A stretch of DNA of 49,236 nt from Candidatus Jorgensenbacteria bacterium (GTDB lineage: Bacteria > Patescibacteriota > Minisyncoccia > UBA6257 > GWB1-50-10), in the NCBI GenBank assembly GCA_030648515.1, contig JAUSHK010000005.1, forward strand, positions 228,895 through 278,130, read 5' to 3'. Below, in pieces: positions 1 to 9,615 of this stretch. Every line of letters begins with the position of its first letter. The first letter of the stretch is position 1. The notes under the pieces are model-generated. The model ran no database searches, was not told the DNA's origin, and was given only the letters and a program-made list of their open reading frames with translations. A program made the translations under genes and the position numbers.

Positions 1-1258
1 GCGTGGCCGGAGAAAGTATCACATCTACTCCGCCAGATTGCGGGTTAAATGCTTTTTTAAAATCTTCCGTGATAAGCTTGCGGACTTTCTGCGCTTTCGC
101 ATAGTAAGCATCGTAATAGCCGGCCGAGAGAACGAATGTTCCTAAAAGAATTCTCCGCTTTACTTCTTCGCCGAATCCTTCTCCCCTTGTTTTGAAATAT
201 AGATCGCGAAGCGTTTCTGCGTCTTTCTTTACTTCAGGAATCCCGCCGTAGCGCTTGCGGTGAGCTACGCCGAACCGAATACCGTCATATCGCGCCATGT
301 TCGCCGAAACTTCCGCGGGCATTACAATGTAATACGTTGAAAGCGCGTACTTCGTGTGCGGAAGCGAGATTTCTTTTATTTTGAATCCGCCATCCTTTAG
401 TTTCTGAATCGCTTTTTCTATTTCTTTTTTAACTTCTGCGTCCATTCCCTCCACGAAATACTCTTTCGGAATGCCAATGGTCAGTTTTTTTACTCCGTCA
501 AAATCAGGATTGAGTAAATTTTCGTCATACTCGGCGTCAACACTCGTGGCGTCATATTCATCTTTGCCGCGAATAGCATTAAAAAGAATCGCCGCGTCTT
601 CAACGGTCTTCGTAATCGGGCCAATCTGGTCTAGGCTCGACGCCATCGCCATAAGCCCGAACCGCGAAACCGCGCCGTAGGTTGGTTTTAAGCCGACTAC
701 CCCGCAGAATGCCGCCGGCTGGCGTATAGAGCCGCCAGTGTCGGAACCGAGCGCCGCGAGCGCAAGTCCGCCTGAAACTGCCGCAGCTGAACCGCCAGAC
801 GAACCGCCAGGCACGCGTTCCAAATCATGTGGGTTTTTTGTAATCTGGAACCCTGAGTTTTCAGTTGACGAACCCATCGCGAACTCATCGAGATTTGTTT
901 TTCCTAAAAATACCGCGCGCGCGCCTTTTAACTTTTTTATAACCGTCGCGTCATATGATGCTTTGTACGTTTTTAAAATTTTTGATGCCGCCGTCGCGCG
1001 CGCGCCTTCAATTACTATACTGTCTTTTATCGCCAGCGGTACGCCTGTAAGCGCTCCGGCGTCGCCTGACGCAATGGCCTCGTCCGCGATTTCTGCTTCT
1101 TTAATTGCTTCATGCTCAAAAACCGTAAGATACGCGCCAAATTTTTCATCTTTGTCTTTTATAGCGCGCAGAAACGCATCCGTCGCTTCTCGCGCAGAGA
1201 ATTCCTTTTTACGCAAACTTTTCGAGAACGAAGAAATGGTGAGTGAATCCAAATTCAT
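1..1258 (-). CDS. gatA: Asp/Glu-tRNA amidotransferase subunit A (runs off the left edge of the window)
   Basis: Manual minus-strand translation from ATG 1258 gives the amidase signature motifs GKTNLDEFAMGSSTENS, VPGGSSGGSAAA and GSDTGGSIRQPA. It lies directly downstream of gatC and is absent from the ORF track because its stop is outside the window. Confidence 0.95.
   Translation of the reverse strand, partial: MNLDSLTISSFSKSLRKKEFSAREATDAFLRAIKDKDEKFGAYLTVFEHEAIKEAEIADEAIASGDAGALTGVPLAIKDSIVIEGARATAASKILKTYKASYDATVIKKLKGARAVFLGKTNLDEFAMGSSTENSGFQITKNPHDLERVPGGSSGGSAAAVSGGLALAALGSDTGGSIRQPAAFCGVVGLKPTYGAVSRFGLMAMASSLDQIGPITKTVEDAAILFNAIRGKDEYDATSVDAEYDENLLNPDFDGVKKLTIGIPKEYFVEGMDAEVKKEIEKAIQKLKDGGFKIKEISLPHTKYALSTYYIVMPAEVSANMARYDGIRFGVAHRKRYGGIPEVKKDAETLRDLYFKTRGEGFGEEVKRRILLGTFVLSAGYYDAYYAKAQKVRKLITEDFKKAFNPQSGGVDVILSPAT
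253..276. repeat. 24-nt in-frame inserted element, copy 1 (in gatA)
   Basis: gcttgcggtgagctacgccgaacc; removing it restores the conserved GatA motif RYDGIRYG. Confidence 0.85.
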
Positions 1259-1260
1259 GT

Positions 1261-1572
1261 TTATTCAAAAACCGGCGGGATTTTCAAAAATCCGCCTTCT
1301 TTTTCAGGGAAAGCTTCGGTGGACTTTTCAGTTTTAAAATCCGAATGTTTTAACTCGTCATCGCGAAATCCGTTTCTATTCTGTGTTCCGCTTGTGGTGA
1401 GCTGGGCCGAACTACCGGTCATAGGCTCAACCGAGTTCGTAGTAACCTCACTGAGTTCCTTAACGTGCGCAAGAATTTCCTCAAGATCACGCGCGAGTTT
1501 CTTTTTTTGCTCGGGGGAAACTTCAATTCTCGCGAGTTCCGCAAGATGTTCTATTTCATTCTCGGATATCAT
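1261..1572 (-). CDS. gatC: Asp/Glu-tRNA amidotransferase subunit C
   Basis: IEHLAELARI...EILAHVKELSEV...FRDDE...GFLKIPPVF; adjacent to gatA. Confidence 0.95.
   Translation of the reverse strand: MISENEIEHLAELARIEVSPEQKKKLARDLEEILAHVKELSEVTTNSVEPMTGSSAQLTTSGTQNRNGFRDDELKHSDFKTEKSTEAFPEKEGGFLKIPPVFE
1390..1413. repeat. 24-nt in-frame inserted element, copy 2 (in gatC)
   Basis: gcttgtggtgagctgggccgaact encodes SSAQLTTS; removing it gives EPMTGGTQ. Confidence 0.8.
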
Positions 1573-1592
1573 ATTGAACCAGTGTAACTGCT

Positions 1593-3665
1593 CTACTTCA
1601 AGAGTTCAAGAAACTCCCTTTCAGTTATGATTTTCACCCCGAGCTCTTTTGCTTTATCAAACTTCGAACCTGGGTTTTCGCCTGCAACTACATAGCTTGT
1701 TTTAGATGAGACGGATTCCGAAACATCTCCTCCGTACGAGCGGATTTTTTGTTTCGCCTCGTCGCGTGACATAACCGACAAAGTTCCGGTTACGACAAAG
1801 GTTTTTCCTTTCAGCTTTTTATTGGTGATAATCTCGCGCTCGGACTCCAGCTTTATGTCCACATCGCCAAATTTGCATAACAATTTTATATTTCTGTCTT
1901 CCTTAAACCAGTTAACAATGCTTTCCGCGACTTTAGGGCCTATTCCTGAAACTTTCTGGACTTCTTCTGCTGATAGATTCTCAAATTTCTTTTTGAAGTC
2001 CGCCACGGAAAACGTTTTTGCGTGCGACGGAGGGAATTCCCGCGCGAGAAGAATTGCCGTTTCTTCCCCCACGTGCTGGATTCCCAAACTAAAAATAAAT
2101 CGCTCAAGTTTTATAGTTTTTTTCGTTTCAATTTCGCGCGTTATGTTTTCGGCTGATTTTTCCCCGAATCTCTCTAAAACTGAGATATCTCCTTTCTCTA
2201 ATTTAAAAATGTCGGCCGCGTCCGCAATCAACCCCTCGTCCAGAAAACGATCAATTATTTCTTCCCCGAGTCCGCGAATATCAAACGCGTGCCGCGAGAC
2301 AAAGTGCGACAAGGATTCCTTGACCCGCGCGCCGCATTTCGGATTTGAACAGCGATACAGCGCTCCTTCATGGATAACCCTTGAGCCGTCCACCGGGCAC
2401 TTTTCCGGCACGGTGAATTTCTTCTCCTTCCCCGTACGAAGATCAACTAGTACTTTCGTTATCTGAGGAATCACGTCTCCCGCGCGGCTCACAACGACCG
2501 TATCCCCGATTTTTATACCAAGCCTGCCTATTTCATCAAAATTATGAAGGGTTGCGTGGCTTATACGGACTCCCCCGACTTCCACCGGCTCAAGAACTGC
2601 GACAGGCGTAAGAACGCCGGTTCTCCCAACCTGGATTTTTATGTCTTTCACTATTGTTGTTTTTTCTTTCGGCGCGAACTTGTATGCTATTGCTCCTCGC
2701 GGAGCTTTTCCGACAACGCCCGCCGCCGCGGCTAAACGATTCTCGTTTATAATAATAACCGTCCCGTCAATTTCATATGGCAATTTTTTCCTATTCTTTT
2801 CCCAGTGATCCCTGAACGTGAATATGCCGTCCAATGAGTTAACTTTTTTGTTATGAGGATTTGTTTTGAAACCAAACGCCCTAAGAATCAAATGCTCTTC
2901 TTCGTGGGTTTTCTGCCCGACGTCGGTTACTAAATCATATTGGTATGAATCAAGCTTTCTTGACGCGGCGATTTTCGGGTCAAGCTGGCGTATGGAGCCG
3001 GCCGCGATGTTCCGCGGATTGGCATACAATTTTTCTTCTTTCTTCCCCTGTTCCCTGTTTATCCGCTCAAATTCTTTTGTCGTCAAAAAAACTTCGCCGC
3101 GCACGACGAGTTTTTTAGGAATTGCGAGCGAGGACGCGCGCAATCCAAGAGCTTTCATATTTTTTTCTACTTCATCTTTATCAAACAGTGTAAGCGGAAT
3201 TGCTTCCACGGTTTTGAGATTTTGCGTCACGTTTTCCCCTATTATTCCGTTTCCGCGCGTTGACCCTTCCACAAATACGCCGTTTTCATATGTCAGCTCA
3301 ATTGAGAAACCATCAAGCTTAAGCTCGCAATAAAATTCTTTTACTTTTTCGCCCATGAATTTCTCTGTCCGTTTAAGCCAATCTTTAACGTCTTCTCTTG
3401 AAAACGTGTCGTTCAGTGATATCATCGGCTCTTCGTGCCGGACTTTTTTAAACGCTTTGAGCGGCTCGCCGCCCACGCGCCGAGTCGGCGAATCCGGCGT
3501 TATCAAATCAGGGAACTTTAGTTCAAGATCAAAGAGTTCTTTTTTAAGCGAATCGAGAGCCTCGTCGGAAATTAATTGCTTATCGAGCACGTGGTATGCG
3601 TACCGATATTTGTTGATTTCCTTCCGAAGCTTTTCGATTCGTGTTTTTGCTTCGTTATTATCCAT
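1593..3665 (-). CDS. ligA: NAD-dependent DNA ligase
   Basis: ELKLDG adenylation motif, RGEVF, ANPRNIAAGS, Zn finger (CPVD...C...C) and a C-terminal BRCT domain (FVVTGTL...GSKFDKAKELGV). Confidence 0.98.
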   Translation of the reverse strand: MDNNEAKTRIEKLRKEINKYRYAYHVLDKQLISDEALDSLKKELFDLELKFPDLITPDSPTRRVGGEPLKAFKKVRHEEPMISLNDTFSREDVKDWLKRTEKFMGEKVKEFYCELKLDGFSIELTYENGVFVEGSTRGNGIIGENVTQNLKTVEAIPLTLFDKDEVEKNMKALGLRASSLAIPKKLVVRGEVFLTTKEFERINREQGKKEEKLYANPRNIAAGSIRQLDPKIAASRKLDSYQYDLVTDVGQKTHEEEHLILRAFGFKTNPHNKKVNSLDGIFTFRDHWEKNRKKLPYEIDGTVIIINENRLAAAAGVVGKAPRGAIAYKFAPKEKTTIVKDIKIQVGRTGVLTPVAVLEPVEVGGVRISHATLHNFDEIGRLGIKIGDTVVVSRAGDVIPQITKVLVDLRTGKEKKFTVPEKCPVDGSRVIHEGALYRCSNPKCGARVKESLSHFVSRHAFDIRGLGEEIIDRFLDEGLIADAADIFKLEKGDISVLERFGEKSAENITREIETKKTIKLERFIFSLGIQHVGEETAILLAREFPPSHAKTFSVADFKKKFENLSAEEVQKVSGIGPKVAESIVNWFKEDRNIKLLCKFGDVDIKLESEREIITNKKLKGKTFVVTGTLSVMSRDEAKQKIRSYGGDVSESVSSKTSYVVAGENPGSKFDKAKELGVKIITEREFLELLK

Positions 3666-3683
3666 GATGTTTAACAGTTATCT

Positions 3684-4160
3684 TTAGAATTTTGTTGTGA
3701 CGCGCGTTTCAAGTTCCCGCTGCGCCTTTCCGGAGTCGCCGTACGAACGCACAGTAAATCCGACTGGCAATTGCCCTTGTGTAGGGTTTTGAGAATCAAA
3801 ACGAAAAGTGAGTGAGCTTGAATAACTTGTAGAACCCGCGATAATTCCATTTGCGCCATAATATTCTCGACTTGGGACAATTTCACTTGGAAGAATCGGC
3901 GGTTGGTTAAAGTAATTATAGAGCGCTTGTTCTATGCCGGCGTCTGCGGCGAAAAAGGCCTTCATTGATTCAACTGTATCGTTTGCCTGGCGGATTTGAT
4001 AGGCGGTGAGAAGCCCAGCGACGACGCTGGCGCTCATAAGTGCTCCGCTCAATATAATGACGCTCACAAGTATCACTTGTCCTGAGCGTTGTCGAAGTAC
4101 TTGCCCTCCGATCCGATGTCTTTTTTTTGCTATTTTTGTGTTCATTAAATTAAAATTCAT
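3684..4160 (-). CDS. minor pilin, PilX-like
   Basis: Basic N-terminus, G|QV followed by a hydrophobic segment, then AFFAADAGIEQAL; last gene of the minor-pilin run. Confidence 0.75.
   Translation of the reverse strand: MNFNLMNTKIAKKRHRIGGQVLRQRSGQVILVSVIILSGALMSASVVAGLLTAYQIRQANDTVESMKAFFAADAGIEQALYNYFNQPPILPSEIVPSREYYGANGIIAGSTSYSSSLTFRFDSQNPTQGQLPVGFTVRSYGDSGKAQRELETRVTTKF
4075..4098. repeat. 24-nt in-frame inserted element, copy 3 (in the PilX-like gene)
   Basis: acttgtcctgagcgttgtcgaagt encodes LRQRSGQV; removing it gives GGQVILV. Confidence 0.8.
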
Positions 4161-4702
4161 TAGTGAATGTCTCTTGGGAGCGTGCGCGGGCTCACGGTTG
4201 TTTCTATATTCATAGATTTTCCAGCAAGACGCGGGTCAGTTGACCCGATTTTCATAAGTATCGTGACTCTCCACGGAAGTTCGGCGTTGGTCTGGTTTAC
4301 TTTAAAACAGATGGATTCTATGCGGATGTTTGATGAATTGAGCGTCGATGGGCTTGCATTGTTTACGCTTCGCTTAATAGAATTTCCCTCTAATCTGTAT
4401 CTCACCTGATCTACACTGCCCGTTGTGGCCGGGAAGCGATTAAAAGTTAGGTCGTTGCTGCATACGCCTCCTGCGGGAGAAAATTCGTAACCTACCCTGA
4501 TTTCGCGCATCATTTGCTCAATCATAAGCCCCGCATTGCTGTTTCGCTGTATTAATGAGTTCAACAGTTTCTGCGAACTCAGTGCCTGGCCGAAAACGCC
4601 GACTATTATTGAAATTGCAAATGCAAAAAGCCCCGCCGCTATAATGAGCTCAACAAGCGTGAAGCCGCCTATGCGTCGTGAGTTTGTTTTATTTATCTCC
4701 AT
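4160..4702 (-). CDS. minor pilin, PilW-like (start moved to ATG 4702)
   Basis: Class III signal peptide G|FTLVELIIA. Confidence 0.8.
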   Translation of the reverse strand: MEINKTNSRRIGGFTLVELIIAAGLFAFAISIIVGVFGQALSSQKLLNSLIQRNSNAGLMIEQMMREIRVGYEFSPAGGVCSNDLTFNRFPATTGSVDQVRYRLEGNSIKRSVNNASPSTLNSSNIRIESICFKVNQTNAELPWRVTILMKIGSTDPRLAGKSMNIETTVSPRTLPRDIH

Positions 4703-5172
4703 CTTTTGAATATATCCCGCACTTCGACGGACTGGTCTTTTGCGCGAGCATTCCATGAAACTTTGGCAATTACAGTTACACTATCAGTGTCATTTATAAT
4801 CTGAATTGTCCGCGTATAAGGCGTGGGATTACCATTATCATATTGGTACTCGCCGCCATCCGGCGGTAATTTCAATTTAGTCCCCGTCGTTTGCCGCAAA
4901 ATTGGGTCCGCAGCGCTTGTTTTATACAATCCATCATTAACATCCGTATTCCATATAGCGCCATTCGCAACATTTGTATCAATAATATTTTTTACAATCT
5001 CAATTCCCTCTGCGGCAAGGTATGTAGCGACAAATTTTTGGCTCGCGTCGTTTGTAAATGCGAGCGACGCCGAAACAAGTGCGAGGACGCCGAGGAGCCC
5101 GACAAGCGCGATTGATATTGCAACCATTGCCTCAACAATTGTCTGCCCACTGACATTTTTATACATAATCAC
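4693..5172 (-). CDS. minor pilin, PilV-like
   Basis: G|QTIVEAMVAI prepilin motif and YLAAEGIE. Confidence 0.8.
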   Translation of the reverse strand: MIMYKNVSGQTIVEAMVAISIALVGLLGVLALVSASLAFTNDASQKFVATYLAAEGIEIVKNIIDTNVANGAIWNTDVNDGLYKTSAADPILRQTTGTKLKLPPDGGEYQYDNGNPTPYTRTIQIINDTDSVTVIAKVSWNARAKDQSVEVRDIFKRWR

Positions 5173-5702
5173 TCGGTATTAATTTGCCCGCCTTGCGTAA
5201 TAGTGACTTTTGCTATTCGAGAATTGTCCGCGTTCTGGATTGTTATTATAAACGGCAGCGACGATCCCTCAAGTCTTAAATCCGGCGGCACAAAAATTAT
5301 ATCTTGGCCAATGCCTGACGTGAATGAAAGTCGCTTATCAAGTGAAAAACTTTCAAGCTCCTCACTGAGATCATATTGGTAGTTTGACGCTGGTTGTCCA
5401 TTATCATTAATACACGGGAGATTTGCGGAGCTCTTTTTGTCGGCAAAAATAAAGAAATCTCTCTCGCTATTAATACGCACCCCAAATGCGCAGGCATTTA
5501 GGGCTTTATTATTAGCATCAACACTAAGTTTCTGCTGCGCAAGCGCTTTCGCGCGGTTTATTGCCCCAACAAGCAGTGCCTGGTCCTTAAACAGCGCAAC
5601 TTGCTCGTCCGCGGTTCTGTTGTACCCAACGAAAAGCCCCGAGAGCAGCATCATTATGCCAATAACGACTATCGTCTCCACGAGCGTGAAACCTTTTTCC
5701 AT
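5169..5702 (-). CDS. minor pilin, FimT/FimU-like
   Basis: KG|FTLVETIVVI prepilin motif. Confidence 0.8.
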   Translation of the reverse strand: MEKGFTLVETIVVIGIMMLLSGLFVGYNRTADEQVALFKDQALLVGAINRAKALAQQKLSVDANNKALNACAFGVRINSERDFFIFADKKSSANLPCINDNGQPASNYQYDLSEELESFSLDKRLSFTSGIGQDIIFVPPDLRLEGSSLPFIITIQNADNSRIAKVTITQGGQINTE

Positions 5703-5796
5703 AGTATTCGCTTTATTATACCTCCTGCGCCGTCGAGTGGCTAATAAATAATCTACGCCAACAGGATTATCGGTAGAGGCAAACTAACCAAATTTT

Positions 5797-6711
5797 TTAT
5801 AAGCCGAATAATGTAAAATACCCCTTCAAAATCGCTTCGCCGAAGAAAAATACCAAAGCAATACCAATAACAAAAAAGGGAGCAAAGGGAACCCTATCCT
5901 TCATACTGAGTCGTCCGGAAATAAGTAGATATGCGCCAAAAATTCCTCCAAGAATAAATGCAATAACAACCGCAAGCGCCATATCCGGCCACCCTAGAAG
6001 AAAGCCCGAGGCGAGCGCGAGCTTTACGTCTCCAAACCCCATACCCTGCCCGCGGCTCGCGAAAGAAAGGAGCGCAAAAAACACCGCGGCCGTAAACGCG
6101 CCTATCACGTGGCTTAAAAGCAGATTTCCGGTTGGCGCGAGAAAAAGCGAGTATTGTTTCAAAAATGATGTAGAAAAAAGCGGGAGTTCGTTTTTGTACT
6201 TCCACATGATTCCAACCACGATAATTCCTAAAACTCCCAAAATGACATTTAATTCGTTCGGCACTACATAATGTTTAAGATCAATAAGTAGCACGAGAAG
6301 CAAAATGATAAAAACAAGAATCCACGCGCCAAGAAGCGCGTAGTGCCACCACGGAGCCGCGAGCGAAGCGAATACGAAATCAGGCACGCTGTATATTGAG
6401 TTTAGGTAATACGCAACTGCAACCGCGATAAGCCCTCCTAAAAATTCAATGATTGGGTACTGTATAGAAAGCGGCGCGCCGCACGATCTGCACTTTCCAC
6501 GCAGGACGGCAAAACTTACAAGAGGAAAAAGCTCAAACCATGTGAGCTTTTTCTTGCATTTCATGCAATGCGATCTTCCACCAATGCTTTTTTCCGCAAA
6601 AACGCTTCTCTCCGGAGCATACCGCATTGAGAGAACGTTTAAAAAACTCCCGAGCGCGGAGCCGATTATAAACAGCGCTCCGTACGCGATAATCTCAACT
6701 GTTATAGGCAT
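5797..6711 (-). CDS. pilD: prepilin peptidase/N-methyltransferase (A24)
   Basis: GSFLNV, RSHCxxC...RGKCxxC, IDLKH, GMGFGDVKL and PFAPF. Confidence 0.95.
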   Translation of the reverse strand: MPITVEIIAYGALFIIGSALGSFLNVLSMRYAPERSVFAEKSIGGRSHCMKCKKKLTWFELFPLVSFAVLRGKCRSCGAPLSIQYPIIEFLGGLIAVAVAYYLNSIYSVPDFVFASLAAPWWHYALLGAWILVFIILLLVLLIDLKHYVVPNELNVILGVLGIIVVGIMWKYKNELPLFSTSFLKQYSLFLAPTGNLLLSHVIGAFTAAVFFALLSFASRGQGMGFGDVKLALASGFLLGWPDMALAVVIAFILGGIFGAYLLISGRLSMKDRVPFAPFFVIGIALVFFFGEAILKGYFTLFGL

Positions 6712-6768
6712 TACAAATGGGTTGTTACTGCCTCACTAGCCCCGCGATATTGATTGTAGGAATGATTT

Positions 6769-7200
6769 TTATGGGCAGGTGGTCGCCGAATTTCCAGGTT
6801 CAGTAGTTTCTGTTTTTGTCGTGCCAGCGCTATCTACGCAATAGTATTTACTACTATCACTCGCAAGTTTCGAATACGCCGCGTATGCCGTTGTAGGATT
6901 TAAAGTTATGACCAACGCGCCGCCCTGGTTAGTAATATCAGTTGAAATCTTAGAAATATTCGTTTCGGTTGTCTTTACATTAGAATACGGGCTTGAACTC
7001 CCCGGATCATAGAGCGTTTCCGCGATTGCGCGCACTTGGTTAACATCTGAAACTATCCTCGCGTCTTTCGCTTTGTTTCTCGCTGGACCAAGCGCCGAGA
7101 GCACGGTTGCCGAGAGAATGCCGATAATCGCGACCACGACGAGCATTTCAATGAGCGTGAATCCTGAGCTTTCCGAATGAACGTTATTTTTGAAAAACAT
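6769..7200 (-). CDS. type IV pilin, probable major pilin (start moved to ATG 7200)
   Basis: G|FTLIEMLVVVAIIGIL...ARNKAKDARI and a C-terminal YYCVDS...C. Confidence 0.88.
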   Translation of the reverse strand: MFFKNNVHSESSGFTLIEMLVVVAIIGILSATVLSALGPARNKAKDARIVSDVNQVRAIAETLYDPGSSSPYSNVKTTETNISKISTDITNQGGALVITLNPTTAYAAYSKLASDSSKYYCVDSAGTTKTETTEPGNSATTCP

Positions 7201-7265
7201 ATGAATTAGAACTTTTTTTCGACTTTGTTCTTTGTAGTAGTATAGCACACCGATTTTAATAGTGT

Positions 7266-8471
7266 CTAAAATGTCTGTGTGAGCGAGTAGAGCGGCAAAA
7301 GTATTGCGGCAAAGAGAAGCGCCACGAGTCCGCCGATTATTACGAGAAGCGCCGGCTGGATAAGCTCAACAAGGTTCCCTACTTTATCCTCCACCTGCCT
7401 GCGATAATAGTCGCTGATTTTTGAAAGCAGCATTTCGAGCCGGCCAGTTGATTCTCCGATTGCAATAAGCTGGGAAACGAGCGGAGGGAAGTACTGGGCG
7501 TTCTTTAATGCCTGCGAGAGCAATTCTCCTTTCCGGATGCTCTGCGCGGCCTCGCGCAGGGTGTCCCGAAAAACAACGTTTCCGACCGTGTGCGATGAAA
7601 TTTCAATTGCTTGCGGGATGGTAAGGCCTCCTTGTATTAAAACGCGGGCGGATTCCGCAAATCGCGAAAGGTAGAGATATTGGAAGAGCGTTCCAAAAAG
7701 CGGAATGCGCAAACTTATCTCGTTAAAAATCACTTTGCCTTCTTTTGTCTGCGCGTAATCAATAACGAGAAAAACGCCGACAACAAGCGCGATTAAAACC
7801 GCGAACCACCAATGCGAAATGAAAGTTCCCACGGAAATAAGCACCGATGTCGCGAGCGGAAGCGCTATTTTTGACTCAAGGAAAATCGGCGTGATTTGCG
7901 GCAGTACCACGGTGACCATTATGACGACAACAATGAAAAACAAAACGATGACGAAAACTGGATAGATGAGCGCGTTTTTTACTTTTCCCGTCAGGATTGA
8001 CTGGTTTTCAAGATAATCCGCTAAAAATTCCAAAACTTGGCCGAGACGTCCGGTTACTTCCGCCGACCGTACCATGTTCGTGTAAAATTCCGAAAACACG
8101 TTCGGGTGGCGCGAGAGCGCCTGCGACAGAGTGAGGCCGGCATCAACGTCGCCCGCGACATCCGCAATCACCAGTTTTAAGACAGGCTTTGTGGTTTGCT
8201 GGTAAAGCGAGCGAAGGCTGTCGCCCAACGGTACCTGCGAAGCGAGCAGTGTTGAAAACTGCCGCGTGAAAATCATGAGGTCGGACGTGGACGTGCGCTC
8301 AAAGAAATCCGAGATGCGCCGATACCATGCGTCGGTCTTCACCTCCTCAATACTTAAAACAAACAACGCGTGATTTAAAAGCACGTTTGTCGCCGCCTCC
8401 CGCGATGCCGCGTCAACTGTGCCAACCTGAAGTTCTCCTTCTTTAGTTCTTGCTTTATAACTAAACTTCAT
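7266..8471 (-). CDS. pilC: type IV pilus platform protein (T2SS F family)
   Basis: FTRQFSTLL, ALIYP, GESTGRL and LIQP...ILLPLY. Confidence 0.93.
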   Translation of the reverse strand: MKFSYKARTKEGELQVGTVDAASREAATNVLLNHALFVLSIEEVKTDAWYRRISDFFERTSTSDLMIFTRQFSTLLASQVPLGDSLRSLYQQTTKPVLKLVIADVAGDVDAGLTLSQALSRHPNVFSEFYTNMVRSAEVTGRLGQVLEFLADYLENQSILTGKVKNALIYPVFVIVLFFIVVVIMVTVVLPQITPIFLESKIALPLATSVLISVGTFISHWWFAVLIALVVGVFLVIDYAQTKEGKVIFNEISLRIPLFGTLFQYLYLSRFAESARVLIQGGLTIPQAIEISSHTVGNVVFRDTLREAAQSIRKGELLSQALKNAQYFPPLVSQLIAIGESTGRLEMLLSKISDYYRRQVEDKVGNLVELIQPALLVIIGGLVALLFAAILLPLYSLTQTF

Positions 8472-8530
8472 CCCGTTTATTATACCAGTTATCCATTTCC
8501 ACGGCTTGCAAACTAACGCCTAGTTTTCTT

Positions 8531-9601
8531 TTATGATCTCTCTATCAATAAGCGCAACTCTGCGGGGTTCAATGAATGCAGCTCGCCTTCCTCAAGCGAG
8601 ATCTCTTTCCGTTTTATAAGTCCGACGAGTGAGCGGTTCAACGATATCATTCCCTCCTGTACGCTCGTTTCTATCACGAGATCAATTTGATAAATCTTGC
8701 GCTCGCGGATGAGGTTTCTGATGGCGGGATTCGTAAGCATGATTTCAACCGCCGGAATTCTTCCTCCGCCGAGCCGCGGCACAAGGCGTTGGGAAATTAT
8801 CCCGACGAGCGTCGAGGCAAGCTGGGATATAATCTGCCCCTGCTGCTCAGGAGAAAAACTATCAATGATGCGGTCAATTGTTTGCGCAGCCGAATTTGTG
8901 TGAAGCGTTGAAAATACAATGTGGCCGGTTTCCGCCGCCGTCATCGCGGTCGCAATCGTTTCCGGGTCGCGCATCTCGCCAATCATTAGTACGTCCGGAT
9001 CCTGCCGAAGAACAGCGCGGAGCGCGTCATGAAACGATGTTGTGTCTTGCCCGACTTCGCGCTGAGAAATAATGCAGCGGTCCTGCGCAAATTGGTATTC
9101 AATCGGGTCCTCAATCGTGATGATGTGGTCGTTGCGCGCGTGGTTCACTTCATCAAGAACAGCGGCAAGCGTAGTAGATTTCCCCTGCCCCGCGGGTCCC
9201 ACGACAAGCACGAAACCCTGCTGGAGCCGCGCGAAGTCGTGGAGTATCGTCGGCAAACCCAATTCATCAATCGTCCTTATCTGCGCCGGAATGAGACGCA
9301 GCGCCGCCGCCATAAATCCGCGCTGTAAAAATACGTTCACTCGGAAGCGCGCCTTATCTTCAAAGTTGTATGAAAAATCCAGCTGTTTCAGCTGCGAGAA
9401 ACGGAGCTTTTGCTCGTCCGAAAGCATCGCGAGCACTAATCCTTCCGTATCTTCTTTTGTAAGCACCGACTCTTTCGTGAGCGGAATGAGCACGCTGTCA
9501 ATCCTAATCGTTGGATATTTCCCCACGGCGATGTGGAGGTCAGAGGCGCTTTCTCGCGCTGTTATAAGCAATAATTCATTCAGTTTTTGTTTGTAGTCCA
9601 T
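8531..9601 (-). CDS. pilT: type IV pilus retraction ATPase (start moved to ATG 9601)
   Basis: ASDLHI, GPAGQGKSTT, EDPIE, LRQDPDV-GEMRD and AIRNLIRE. Confidence 0.95.
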   Translation of the reverse strand: MDYKQKLNELLLITARESASDLHIAVGKYPTIRIDSVLIPLTKESVLTKEDTEGLVLAMLSDEQKLRFSQLKQLDFSYNFEDKARFRVNVFLQRGFMAAALRLIPAQIRTIDELGLPTILHDFARLQQGFVLVVGPAGQGKSTTLAAVLDEVNHARNDHIITIEDPIEYQFAQDRCIISQREVGQDTTSFHDALRAVLRQDPDVLMIGEMRDPETIATAMTAAETGHIVFSTLHTNSAAQTIDRIIDSFSPEQQGQIISQLASTLVGIISQRLVPRLGGGRIPAVEIMLTNPAIRNLIRERKIYQIDLVIETSVQEGMISLNRSLVGLIKRKEISLEEGELHSLNPAELRLLIERS

Positions 9602-9615
9602 TTTTAAATTAAATA

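Noticed and set aside
471-3687. Plus-strand ORFs over gatA, gatC and ligA (e.g. 738-1337, 1822-2466), and similar antisense ORFs throughout the window
   Set aside because: They are shadow frames of well-supported genes on the opposite strand and carry no motifs of their own.
5054-5077. gagcgacgccgaa matching the core of the 24-nt element
   Set aside because: The flanks do not match and it lies in an ordinary pilin helix with no sign of an insertion; likely chance.
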